In this document: positions 18,403 to 27,505 of the stretch, piece after piece
How positions within the stretch are numbered: the first letter of the stretch is position 1
How the letters are laid out: the number at the start of each line of letters is the position of its first letter
DNA from: Fidelibacterota bacterium
GTDB taxonomy: Bacteria > Fidelibacterota > Marinisomatia > SCGC-AAA003-L08 > D37C17
NCBI GenBank assembly: GCA_002719095.1
Contig: PBGO01000024.1
Coordinates: 1-62,528 of the forward strand
Length of the DNA: 62,528 bases
Direction of reading: 5' to 3'
Notes under the pieces: generated by a model
Databases searched by the model: none
What the model was told of the DNA's origin: nothing
What the model saw: only the letters and a program-made list of their open reading frames with translations
Position numbers and translations under genes: made by a program

Positions 18403-19722
18403 TTGTTTTACATAATAGCAATTTACTTTTTGATTATTATTTTTGTTGGACTATCAACTAGGTACAGCAAAAATAATATAGATTTTATCTATGCAGGAAG
18501 AAAACTAACCGCTCTTCCACTAATGCTAACTTTAGTTACAACATGGTATGGCGCTATATCAAGTGTTGGTCAAGAAATATCATATAATGGAATTTCTACA
18601 TGGCTCTATTTTAGCTTAACCTACTATATAGCTGCATTCATTTATTCTGAATTCATATCAGATCGAATCATTGATAAAAATATTAGTTCCATAACAATTG
18701 GTATACTTAATCATATGGGAAAGAAAGCAGCGATAGTTTCTATTCCAGTTGTTCTTCTTTACACATCACCGGCGCCATACCTTATCATGTTGGCAAACAT
18801 TATTAATAATGTGATTTTTGAATCTAATCATTATTCACTTTCTTTATTTTTGGGATTATTACTAAGTGTAATTTATTGTTTTAAAGGTGGATTTAAATCT
18901 ATTGTTAATACTGATAAGTATCAATTTTTATTTATGTTTGCAGGATTTGTAACACTGACTGTATATATAATATTTTTCTATGATTATGGTTTCAAAAGAT
19001 TAGCAGAAACCTATTACTCCAATACAGAACTTTTTAACATACCTGGCAAACAAGGCTATATGTATATACTTGCTTGGGGCTTTATAGCAATTTTAACGTT
19101 TATTGATCCAAATTTTCATCAGCGTACGTTTTCATCAAAAAATAAAGTAGAAATAAAAAAAGCTATTCGTATGTCGATTTTATGTTGGTTCATTTTCGAT
19201 ATGATAATTCTATTTTGTGGTCTTTATACTATAGGAACAAACTCAACTACTCCATATATTTCACTTGCAATAGACATCTATAGCGGCTATCCATTGTTGT
19301 ATGGTTTATTTATAGTTTCAATATTATCTATCATAATGTCAACAATCGATAGTTTAACATTTGTATCAGCATTGATAATTGGCAAAGATCTTAAATCTAT
19401 TTTTAATAAGAAGTTTAATCAAAAAGATATTAAATGGGGTATAGTATTTACAATCCTAATATCACTAATCATAATTCAATTTTTTGAAAATAATAGAATT
19501 ATTGAAATATGGTTTGTATTTGGAAGTTATATGGTTAGCGCGTTGCTTGTACCTTTTTTTTGTATAATTTCTGGAATAAAAGTTAAACATCCATTATTTC
19601 TAATTCTAGCTCCACTTTTAGTAACGTTATATTTTGATATTATAAAGATTGATTGGATTATTTCAATGTATCCAGGATTAGTTTTGAGTTTTATTTTGAT
19701 GATATTTTTGAAAAAAAATTAA
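18403..19722 (+). CDS. Sodium:solute symporter (SSS) family transporter, possibly ThiV-like (thiamine/HMP precursor uptake)
   Basis: About 12 TM segments. The N-terminal block YAGRKLTALPLMLTLVTTWYGAISSVGQ is typical of SSS carriers. The TTG start lies 1 nt after the receptor stop, so the gene is co-transcribed behind the TPP riboswitch. Confidence 0.65.
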   Translation: MFYIIAIYFLIIIFVGLSTRYSKNNIDFIYAGRKLTALPLMLTLVTTWYGAISSVGQEISYNGISTWLYFSLTYYIAAFIYSEFISDRIIDKNISSITIGILNHMGKKAAIVSIPVVLLYTSPAPYLIMLANIINNVIFESNHYSLSLFLGLLLSVIYCFKGGFKSIVNTDKYQFLFMFAGFVTLTVYIIFFYDYGFKRLAETYYSNTELFNIPGKQGYMYILAWGFIAILTFIDPNFHQRTFSSKNKVEIKKAIRMSILCWFIFDMIILFCGLYTIGTNSTTPYISLAIDIYSGYPLLYGLFIVSILSIIMSTIDSLTFVSALIIGKDLKSIFNKKFNQKDIKWGIVFTILISLIIIQFFENNRIIEIWFVFGSYMVSALLVPFFCIISGIKVKHPLFLILAPLLVTLYFDIIKIDWIISMYPGLVLSFILMIFLKKN

Positions 19723-20606
19723 GTATTATTTAATTTTGCAGAACTCACTGTATTATAAAGCAACATTGCTATAGTCATTGGTCCTACTCCTCCTGGGACG
19801 GGTGTCAGATGCGACGCAATATTAATAACAGATTCAAAATCTACATCTCCAACTATTTTGTAACTTTTCTTTGCGCTATTTTCGACAATACGATTTATGC
19901 CCACATCAATAATAACTGAACCTTTTTTTATCATATTACCTTTTAAAAAATTTGGGATGCCAATAGCACAAACAACTATATCAGCATTCAGTGTGTGGTG
20001 TCTTAAATTATTTGTCCTTGAGTGACACATAGTCACTGTAGCGTTACCTGTTTCAAACTTTTGAGAAAGTAGCGCGAACATTGGCTTTCCTACGATGTTA
20101 CTTCTTCCAATTACAACACAATTCTTGCCTGAAGTATTGATTTTGTAATAATCAAGAATTTTTATTATTCCATGAGGCGTACAAGGAATGAATTGCGGGT
20201 TACCAGAAAATAATTTTCCTACGTTGTATGGATGAAATCCATCAACATCTTTTTTTGGAGTTATGGTCTCTAAAATTATAGAATCGTCGAAGCTTTTTGG
20301 CAGAGGTAGCTGAACTAATATACCGTGAATTGAATCGTCGTTATTTAGTTGTTTTATACAGCTTATTATTTCACTTTGATTAGAATCTGATGAGAAATTA
20401 AAAGTTTCGCTTTCACATCCATTTTTAACAAAAAATTTTGATTTGTTCTTAATATATATTTTTGATGCAGGATTATCTCCAACTAAAATCGCAGCAAGTT
20501 TCGGAATAATGTTTTTATTTTTTAGATCCTTTATTGAAGAACTTAATTTTTGCGTTATATCGGAAGAAACTATTTTTCCTAAAAGGAGATTACTTTTTTG
20601 ATTCAT
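19719..20606 (-). CDS. folD: Bifunctional methylenetetrahydrofolate dehydrogenase/cyclohydrolase
   Basis: Motifs VGDNPASKIYIKNK, TPHGIIKIL, GRSNIVGKPMFALL and PVPGGVGPMTIAMLL are present. I chose the start at the second Met (MNQKSN). Confidence 0.85.
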   Translation of the reverse strand: MNQKSNLLLGKIVSSDITQKLSSSIKDLKNKNIIPKLAAILVGDNPASKIYIKNKSKFFVKNGCESETFNFSSDSNQSEIISCIKQLNNDDSIHGILVQLPLPKSFDDSIILETITPKKDVDGFHPYNVGKLFSGNPQFIPCTPHGIIKILDYYKINTSGKNCVVIGRSNIVGKPMFALLSQKFETGNATVTMCHSRTNNLRHHTLNADIVVCAIGIPNFLKGNMIKKGSVIIDVGINRIVENSAKKSYKIVGDVDFESVINIASHLTPVPGGVGPMTIAMLLYNTVSSAKLNNT

Positions 20607-20916
20607 TTCTGTTTTCAAAAGAAAGGATTTGTTGGTCAACATATTCCTTTAACGAAATTGTTTTTGATTTAATTTTATTAACAAGTTCATCGGTCTTGTT
20701 GTTTCTTGATTGGAATAAATCATCAGCGATGTTTATGCATGTCAATATGGCAATTTTAAGATGTTGGGTTTTTGAATCAAATCCAGAACCCTTTAGCTCT
20801 TCAATTTTACTTTCAACATAATTTTCCAACTCTTTTATATACTCATTATCTGCAGAGGTTTTAATTGTATATGTTTGCCCTAAAATCTGAATATTAATAT
20901 CTTTTTTTTGACTCAT
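20590..20916 (-). CDS. zapA: Cell division protein ZapA
   Basis: 108 aa. INIQILGQTYTIKTSADNEYIKELENYV is a ZapA-like N-terminal block followed by a coiled coil. Its position after pheT is common. Confidence 0.65.
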   Translation of the reverse strand: MSQKKDINIQILGQTYTIKTSADNEYIKELENYVESKIEELKGSGFDSKTQHLKIAILTCINIADDLFQSRNNKTDELVNKIKSKTISLKEYVDQQILSFENRNESKK

Positions 20917-20917
20917 T

Positions 20918-23314
20918 TTATCTTTGTTTAATTTTATAATCTTTTTTTAGTTTTTTTAAAATTTTATTTATGTAAAGATCAACATCGTGATCTTTAAGAG
21001 TATTATCATGAGACTGAAATACCATCTTGTAAGCATAACTATTGAAATGCTCGTCAATAGATTTGTCTTTATAAACATCAAATAAATATACTCTATTTAA
21101 AAATTTACCACCAGCTTTCTTAATAGTTTGCATAATATCTTCAGAGCTATATTGCGTTGAAACTAGAATAGAAATATCTCTTTCAACAGTTGGATAAATA
21201 GATGGTTCTTCATATTTATTATCACTCAACAGAATCTCATTTAATTTATTTAATGACATTTCAGCATAAACTAAGTTTTTATCTAACCGATAGTCAGCTA
21301 ATATATTGGGATGGATAATTCCTATGTAACCAATTGATTTATTTCTTGATATGATAGATAAACAAATTTCAAAACCTTTTTTATTTATTTCTTTCAATTG
21401 ATAATTTGAAATGTTTAGTTGGTCTAATACAGAATTCATATCGCCTTTGGCATTAAAAAAGTCTTTTTTATCTTTATCTTTCCAGCTTATGAATCTATTT
21501 TCTGGCCAAGCCATTCCTATACACATATCTTCAATTGGAGGACTTTTATCAAAAGATTGATAAGTAGCACCTATTTCAAATAATTTAAAATTATTATTTT
21601 TTCTACTTTGATTGAATGAGACAGCTTTTATTAACCCTATTGCTATCGAATTTCTAACATATTTCATATTTTTATTTAGAGGATTTGAGACAGAGACTCC
21701 ATCTTCAATTGCAAAATATTTATGTTCTTTGTCTGATATTAAACTATTTGAATAATGTTCAATGAATCCTTTCGATGAAACATTAAGCTTGAGATTATCG
21801 CTTAAATCTAGACTCTTTTTTATTGAACTAAAATTTACAGAAAAAGCTTTACTTGATTCAATGTTATCAAAACCATAAACTCGAGCAATTTCTTCGTATA
21901 TATCAACATCTCGCATTACATCATGGCTTCTGTATGAAGGTATATAGCAAACATATTCATTATCGTTATAATCGTTTTTGATACCAACTTTATTCAAAAT
22001 ATTACTAACTTGTTTACTACTAAGATTAGTTCCAAGAAAATCATTACACGCTTCTAATTCAAAAGTTACTTTTTTGCTAATATCATGAGCTTCACCTTTA
22101 AAGATAGAGCCTTTTAATGCTTCTCCTCCACAATATTTAATAATCAATCCAGTAAGTATTTCAAGGGCATCATTCACCATTTCTGGGTCAACTGATCTTT
22201 CATATCTCCTAGAAGCATCTGTTGATAAATCGATAGATTTAGCACTTTTTCTTATTATAATTGGGTTAAAAAGCGCGCTTTCAATAAATACAGATTTAGT
22301 TGTGGATTTAATTTCAGTATTTTTACCTCCCATAACGCCAGCTATTGCAATTGGATTTTGTCCGTCCTTTATCAGAAGATTTTTTTGGGAAATTTTTCTA
22401 TTTGTTGAGTCAAGAGTTTCGATTTTGTTATTATTTTTAGAAAAACCAACGTTAATTTCATTAGTTTTTATTTTATCAAAATCAAAAGTGTGCATTGGTT
22501 GGCCAATAGAAAGCATTACATAATTAGTTAAATCAACCACAATATTTACAGGCTTCATATTATGTAATTTTAATTTAGTCTTCAGCCATTGTGGAGATTC
22601 TTTAATTTGGATGTCTTTAATAATTTTTCCAACATAAAAGGGACATGCATCAAAATCTTCAATTTTTATTGAAATTTTCTCTTCTATTTTTTCACTACTT
22701 TGAGGATATTCGTAAGATAATAAATCTATTATTTTCTTTCTTAAAGCTGAATGATCTTGAGATTCTAATATCGCAATTTCTCTTGCTATACCTAAATATG
22801 AAAGGCAATCTCCTCTGTTGGGTGTTAAATCAAAGTCAATAAGAGTATCATAGCTTAAATTTAAAGCAGTATCTAATTTTTCTCCAATTTTGAGATAATC
22901 ATCCAATATCATTATTCCGTTGTCATTTTCTCCAATTTCTAGTTCTTTTTCAGAACAAATCATACCATGAGAAAGTTCTCCTCTTATCTTAGATTTCTTA
23001 ATTTTGAGCTTCCCATTTAGTAGATTAGCTCCAATAACGGCAACAGGAACAAGTATTCCTGTTTTAACATTTGGAGCACCACATACAATATTGATTTTCT
23101 GCTGCATTCCTACATCGACATTGCAAATTGAAAGATGGTCCGAGTTAGCAAGCTTTTTGACATTATTAATTTTACCAACAAATACACCTTCAAAAGATGG
23201 TCCTCTATTTTCATCAGAGCATTCTAAGCCGAGATATGTGAGCTTTTTTACTAATTCACTTTTACTAAGATTAATATCAATAATTTCTTTTAACCAATTC
23301 AATGAAGTTATCAT
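20918..23314 (-). CDS. pheT: Phenylalanine--tRNA ligase beta subunit
   Basis: 798 aa with an N-terminal tRNA-binding domain, B3/4 and B5 blocks and a C-terminal anticodon-binding-like domain. It overlaps pheS by 4 nt. Confidence 0.9.
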   Translation of the reverse strand: MITSLNWLKEIIDINLSKSELVKKLTYLGLECSDENRGPSFEGVFVGKINNVKKLANSDHLSICNVDVGMQQKINIVCGAPNVKTGILVPVAVIGANLLNGKLKIKKSKIRGELSHGMICSEKELEIGENDNGIMILDDYLKIGEKLDTALNLSYDTLIDFDLTPNRGDCLSYLGIAREIAILESQDHSALRKKIIDLLSYEYPQSSEKIEEKISIKIEDFDACPFYVGKIIKDIQIKESPQWLKTKLKLHNMKPVNIVVDLTNYVMLSIGQPMHTFDFDKIKTNEINVGFSKNNNKIETLDSTNRKISQKNLLIKDGQNPIAIAGVMGGKNTEIKSTTKSVFIESALFNPIIIRKSAKSIDLSTDASRRYERSVDPEMVNDALEILTGLIIKYCGGEALKGSIFKGEAHDISKKVTFELEACNDFLGTNLSSKQVSNILNKVGIKNDYNDNEYVCYIPSYRSHDVMRDVDIYEEIARVYGFDNIESSKAFSVNFSSIKKSLDLSDNLKLNVSSKGFIEHYSNSLISDKEHKYFAIEDGVSVSNPLNKNMKYVRNSIAIGLIKAVSFNQSRKNNNFKLFEIGATYQSFDKSPPIEDMCIGMAWPENRFISWKDKDKKDFFNAKGDMNSVLDQLNISNYQLKEINKKGFEICLSIISRNKSIGYIGIIHPNILADYRLDKNLVYAEMSLNKLNEILLSDNKYEEPSIYPTVERDISILVSTQYSSEDIMQTIKKAGGKFLNRVYLFDVYKDKSIDEHFNSYAYKMVFQSHDNTLKDHDVDLYINKILKKLKKDYKIKQR

Positions 23315-24336
23315 ATTTTAAATTGCTCCAAAAACTTTACATTACCATCATAAAATTTTCTTATATCGCTAATACCATACTTTATCATCGCAATTCTTTC
23401 GATACCCATACCAAAAGCGTATCCTCTCCATTTACTCGAATCAAATTTTACAGATTCAAAGACATTTGGATCGACCATACCGCAACCAAGAATTTCAAGC
23501 CAACCTGTTCCTTTGGTTACTTTGTAATCAGATTCAGTTTTAAGCCCCCAATATATATCCATTTCAGCACTTGGTTCAGTAAAAGGAAAAAAACTAGGCC
23601 TAAATCTTACTCTAACGTCTTGTCCGAACATCATTTTAGCAAAATAATCCAACGTTGACTTTAAATCAGCAAAGCTTACATTCTTATCAACATATAAACC
23701 TTCTATCTGATGAAATAAACAATAACTTTTAACACTTATATCCTCATTCCTATAAACTCTTCCTGGAGATATTATTCTTAAGGGTGGTTTATTTTTTTCC
23801 ATATGATGTATTTGTGTCGATGATGTATGGGTTCTAAGCAATAATTCGGAGTTGATATAAAATGTATCTTGCATATCTCTGGCAGGGTGGTCTTTAGGAA
23901 TATTCAACGCTTCAAAATTATAAAAATCTGTATCTATTTCAGGTCCTTTTACAGTAGAAAAGCCAATTCGGTTAAAAATCTCTTTTATTTCGTTAGTAAC
24001 AATGGTTAGCGGATGCAATCTACCCTTTGTAAAAGGACTTCCAGGGAGAGAAAAATCAATATTGTCACTATATTTCTTTTTAGACTTAGAATCAAGATTA
24101 TTAAGAACCTCTATTTCTTTCGAAATAAATTGCTTCAAACTATTAATTCTTTCACCGAACCCTTTTCTATCTTGTGCTGGAACGTCAGATATTTTTTTAA
24201 AAAGGGTAGAGATTTTCCCTTTCCTTCCAAGATACTGATTTTTTAATGCTACAAAATCACCAGCTCTCTGGGCTTTTACCTTATCTTGAACAAATGAATC
24301 TTTAATGTCGTCAATTTGAGAAAGTAAACTTGACAC
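23311..24336 (-). CDS. pheS: Phenylalanine--tRNA ligase alpha subunit
   Basis: Class II motifs are present: HPARDMQDTFY, FRPSFFPFTEPSAE and GFAFGMGIERIAM. Confidence 0.9.
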   Translation of the reverse strand: MSSLLSQIDDIKDSFVQDKVKAQRAGDFVALKNQYLGRKGKISTLFKKISDVPAQDRKGFGERINSLKQFISKEIEVLNNLDSKSKKKYSDNIDFSLPGSPFTKGRLHPLTIVTNEIKEIFNRIGFSTVKGPEIDTDFYNFEALNIPKDHPARDMQDTFYINSELLLRTHTSSTQIHHMEKNKPPLRIISPGRVYRNEDISVKSYCLFHQIEGLYVDKNVSFADLKSTLDYFAKMMFGQDVRVRFRPSFFPFTEPSAEMDIYWGLKTESDYKVTKGTGWLEILGCGMVDPNVFESVKFDSSKWRGYAFGMGIERIAMIKYGISDIRKFYDGNVKFLEQFKI

Positions 24337-24346
24337 AGCTTTATGG

Positions 24347-24691
24347 TTATGAGACAGATTTTATAAGTTCAGATAGCCTATCCGGTTCGTGGACTGCCAT
24401 ATCAGCAAGAACTTTTCTATCAATATCAATTTCATTGGATTTTAATAAATGAATGAACTTAGAATATGATAATCCATGTTGACGTACTGCAGCATTTATT
24501 CTAATAATCCATAATTTTCTAAACTCTCTTTTCTTATTCCTTCTATCTCTGTATGCATATTGTAGAGCTTTCTGAACAGCATCTTTGGCTGTTCTGTAGT
24601 TAGATTTTCTTGTTCCAAAATAACCTTTTGCTTGTTTTAGTAACTTTTTATGCTTGCGCTTTCTTGGAACTGAACTATTTGATCTAGGCAT
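24347..24691 (-). CDS. rplT: 50S ribosomal protein L20
   Basis: The sequence begins [26 protein letters not shown] and contains [18 protein letters not shown]. Confidence 0.95.
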   Translation of the reverse strand: MPRSNSSVPRKRKHKKLLKQAKGYFGTRKSNYRTAKDAVQKALQYAYRDRRNKKREFRKLWIIRINAAVRQHGLSYSKFIHLLKSNEIDIDRKVLADMAVHEPDRLSELIKSVS

Positions 24692-24703
24692 GATTTCTCC
24701 TTG

Positions 24704-24898
24704 TTATTTTTGAATCATTTTTTTTGTTCTGCTAGTCATAGCATCGCTAAGACCAGTATCTTTACGGAGGCGTCTGTTCCGTTTGCTTGTTTTTCTAATT
24801 TTAAAGTGATTAGAACCAGCTCGATTATGAACGACCTTACCTGAACCTGTAACTTTAAACCGTTTAGACGCACTTTTTTTTGTTTTTACTTTTGGCAT
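24704..24898 (-). CDS. rpmI: 50S ribosomal protein L35
   Basis: The sequence begins [21 protein letters not shown]. It is 64 aa and lies between infC and rplT. Confidence 0.9.
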   Translation of the reverse strand: MPKVKTKKSASKRFKVTGSGKVVHNRAGSNHFKIRKTSKRNRRLRKDTGLSDAMTSRTKKMIQK

Positions 24899-24909
24899 TA
24901 TATCTCCAA

Positions 24910-25422
24910 TTAATTAGGGCTTAATATTAAGAACATTTTTCGACCTTCCAAACTAGGTTTTTTATCAATTATCGAAATTTCGCTAAAAGATTGGGCAACC
25001 TGCTCGAGAATTTCGACAGCGGAATCTTTTCTAGTAATCTCTCTTCCTCTAAACATTATAGAAAATTTGATTTTATTTCCCTCCTGAAGAAATTTCTTTG
25101 CTTTGTTAAGTTTTGTTATTAAATCGTGTTCACCTGTATTCAGCCTTAATCTGATTTCTTTAACATGAATAATATGCTGATTTTTTTTATTTTTCTTTAA
25201 TTTTTTTTGTTTTTGATACAAATATTTTCCGAAATCTAAAATTTTACAAATTGGATGATCTTCAGTGACAGCAATCTGAACCAGGTCTAAATTATTTTGT
25301 TGAGCTATTGCCATCGCTGCGTTTTTATCCATTATACCACGCTTGTTACCTTCGTGATCAATTAGTAATACCTTATCAGCTCTAATTGAATTATTTATTA
25401 GTGTTTTTTCTTTTTTACCTAT
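24910..25422 (-). CDS. infC: Translation initiation factor IF-3 (non-AUG start)
   Basis: The track ORF starts at an internal Met. The same frame stays open upstream and reads [34 protein letters not shown], the conserved IF-3 N-domain. The only plausible initiator is ATA at 25422-25420, which overlaps the thrS TAG stop. Confidence 0.75.
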   Translation of the reverse strand: MGKKEKTLINNSIRADKVLLIDHEGNKRGIMDKNAAMAIAQQNNLDLVQIAVTEDHPICKILDFGKYLYQKQKKLKKNKKNQHIIHVKEIRLRLNTGEHDLITKLNKAKKFLQEGNKIKFSIMFRGREITRKDSAVEILEQVAQSFSEISIIDKKPSLEGRKMFLILSPN

Positions 25423-27374
25423 TTTAAATCCCTCCTTTTTTTTGAATTTATTTCTTCGACTAGTGTATTTAAATATTTTTTAAAATCAATCTCACCTAAG
25501 TTTCCTTCAAACCTTCTCCTTACAGAAACTGTTTTATTTTTTTGCTCGTTCTCACCGACAATTAGCATAACTGGTATTTTTTCAAGCTCTCCTTTTCTTA
25601 TTTTTGCGCCCATTTTTTCATTTCTCGTATCAATCTTAAATCTACACCCGTTTTGCTCCAGTTTTTGGCTAATTTGATTTGCATACAAATTAAACTTATC
25701 TGAAATAGGTATTATTAAAACTTGAATCGGTGCTATCCAAAGGGGAAAATCACCAGCAAAATGTTCGATTAAAAAGCCAATAAATCTTTCGTGAGTTCCA
25801 AGTGGAGCTCTATGTATACACAACGGTGTTTGATTTTGATCATAACTATCTTTATAATTAAGTCCAAACTTTTGAGGAATTGCAAAATCTACTTGATTTG
25901 TAGCTAGAGTGAATTCACGCCCTATTGCACTCCATACTTGAACATCTATTTTTGGCCCATAAAAAGCAGCCTCTCCTTTTATCTCTACAAAATTCAAATT
26001 CCCATCAATGAGCGCTTCTTTAACCAATTTTTCTGTTTTAATCCATAAATCTGGTTCATCAACATACTTTTTACCTAACTTTTTTGGATCGTGCAAACTT
26101 AATCGCATTTCATATTTTTCTATGCCAAAGATTTCGAAGTATTTTAAATACATTTTACAAACTGACAAAAATTCATCCTTAAATTGTTCCTCTGAACAAT
26201 ATATATGAGCATCATTCATTTGCATGCTTCTAACTCGCATCAGACCAAACAACTGTCCTGATTTTTCGTACCTATAACATGTACCATATTCTGTAAGCTT
26301 AAGCGGTAAGTCTTTATATGTTCTTGGATGAGAAGAATAAATCTTGTGATGATGAGGACAATTCATAGGCTTTAAATAATATTTCTTACCATCGACATCC
26401 ATAGCAGGAAACATACTATCCTCATAATGAGATAAATGACCTGACTTCTCATATAAATCACTTTTGGTAATATGTGGAGTTCTAACTCTTTGATAGCCTA
26501 ATTTTTCCTCGGTCTCCTTTGCTAGATTTTCTAACTCATCGATTATTACAGTACCATTTGGCAACCATAGTGGAAGCCCTGCCCCTACTTCATCATCGAA
26601 AGAAAAAATTTGCATCTGTTTCCCTATTTTACGATGATCCCTTTTTTCTGCTTCCTCAAGCATATTTAGATAATTTTTCAACTCTTTATCGGTTCTCCAT
26701 GCAGTGCCGTAAATACGTGTAAGCATTTCATTTTTTTCATTTCCTCGCCAGTATGCTCCAGCAATTTTTAATAACTTGAAAGATTTTCCAATATGACCTG
26801 TCGTCGGCATGTGGGGCCCTCTACAAAGGTCAAGCCACTCTCCTTGGCTATATACAGTTATTAGTTCACCATCTGGTATGTCAGCAATAATTTCTTTTTT
26901 ATAATCTTGTCCTATTTTTTCAAAATATTCGATAGCATCTGAACGTTTCCAAACTTCTCTAAGGAAAGGGTGACTATTATCAATAATCTCTGACATTTTT
27001 GTTTCAACTTTTTTCAAATCCTGTTCATTAAATGGAACTTTAAATGAAAAATCATAATAAAACCCATCCTCGATTGCAGGACCAATTGTTACTTGAGTAC
27101 CTGGATAAAGTTCCTGAACAGCTTCAGCCATAACATGAGCACAATCATGACGAATAACCTCTAAAGCCCGATTGTCATCTTTCTTTAATATTTTGATTTC
27201 TGAATCAGTTTTTATTGGGAAGGCTAAATCTCGTAAAGCACCGTCTAATTCAATTAATATAGCTTGTTTGGCTAGTCTCTCTGAAATAGAATTAGCAATT
27301 TCATAACCAGAAGTTTCGGAATCGTATTGCTTCACTGATCCATCTGGGAATGTGATATTTATTTTATTTTGCAT
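25419..27374 (-). CDS. thrS: Threonine--tRNA ligase
   Basis: 651 aa with a TGS domain, the editing-domain HDCAH motif, class II motifs and a C-terminal anticodon-binding domain. Confidence 0.95.
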   Translation of the reverse strand: MQNKINITFPDGSVKQYDSETSGYEIANSISERLAKQAILIELDGALRDLAFPIKTDSEIKILKKDDNRALEVIRHDCAHVMAEAVQELYPGTQVTIGPAIEDGFYYDFSFKVPFNEQDLKKVETKMSEIIDNSHPFLREVWKRSDAIEYFEKIGQDYKKEIIADIPDGELITVYSQGEWLDLCRGPHMPTTGHIGKSFKLLKIAGAYWRGNEKNEMLTRIYGTAWRTDKELKNYLNMLEEAEKRDHRKIGKQMQIFSFDDEVGAGLPLWLPNGTVIIDELENLAKETEEKLGYQRVRTPHITKSDLYEKSGHLSHYEDSMFPAMDVDGKKYYLKPMNCPHHHKIYSSHPRTYKDLPLKLTEYGTCYRYEKSGQLFGLMRVRSMQMNDAHIYCSEEQFKDEFLSVCKMYLKYFEIFGIEKYEMRLSLHDPKKLGKKYVDEPDLWIKTEKLVKEALIDGNLNFVEIKGEAAFYGPKIDVQVWSAIGREFTLATNQVDFAIPQKFGLNYKDSYDQNQTPLCIHRAPLGTHERFIGFLIEHFAGDFPLWIAPIQVLIIPISDKFNLYANQISQKLEQNGCRFKIDTRNEKMGAKIRKGELEKIPVMLIVGENEQKNKTVSVRRRFEGNLGEIDFKKYLNTLVEEINSKKRRDLK

Positions 27375-27383
27375 ATTTAGTTG

Positions 27384-27457
27384 TGGTCAGTACTGGATTC
27401 GAACCAGTGACCTCCACGATGTCAACGTGGCACTCTAACCAACTGAGCTAACCGACC
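27384..27457 (-). tRNA. tRNA-Val (anticodon GAC)
   Basis: Reverse complement: GGTCGGT TAGCTCAGTTGGTTAGAGT GCCACG-TTGACAT-CGTGG AGGTC ACTGG-TTCGAAT-CCAGT ACTGACC-A. It is 74 nt, and CCA is not encoded. Confidence 0.9.
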
Positions 27458-27505
27458 AAAATCATAAAGCTTCAAATTTATTATAATAATTTCAAAATAC
27501 AATGT

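Noticed and set aside
27458-27505. Bacteroidetes-type promoter (TTG-N19-TAAATTTG) upstream of tRNA-Val
   Set aside because: TAAATTTG at 27480-27473 (minus strand) fits the TAnnTTTG -7 box. The background is so AT-rich that a chance match is likely, and the upstream element is only ATTG, so I did not list it as a feature.
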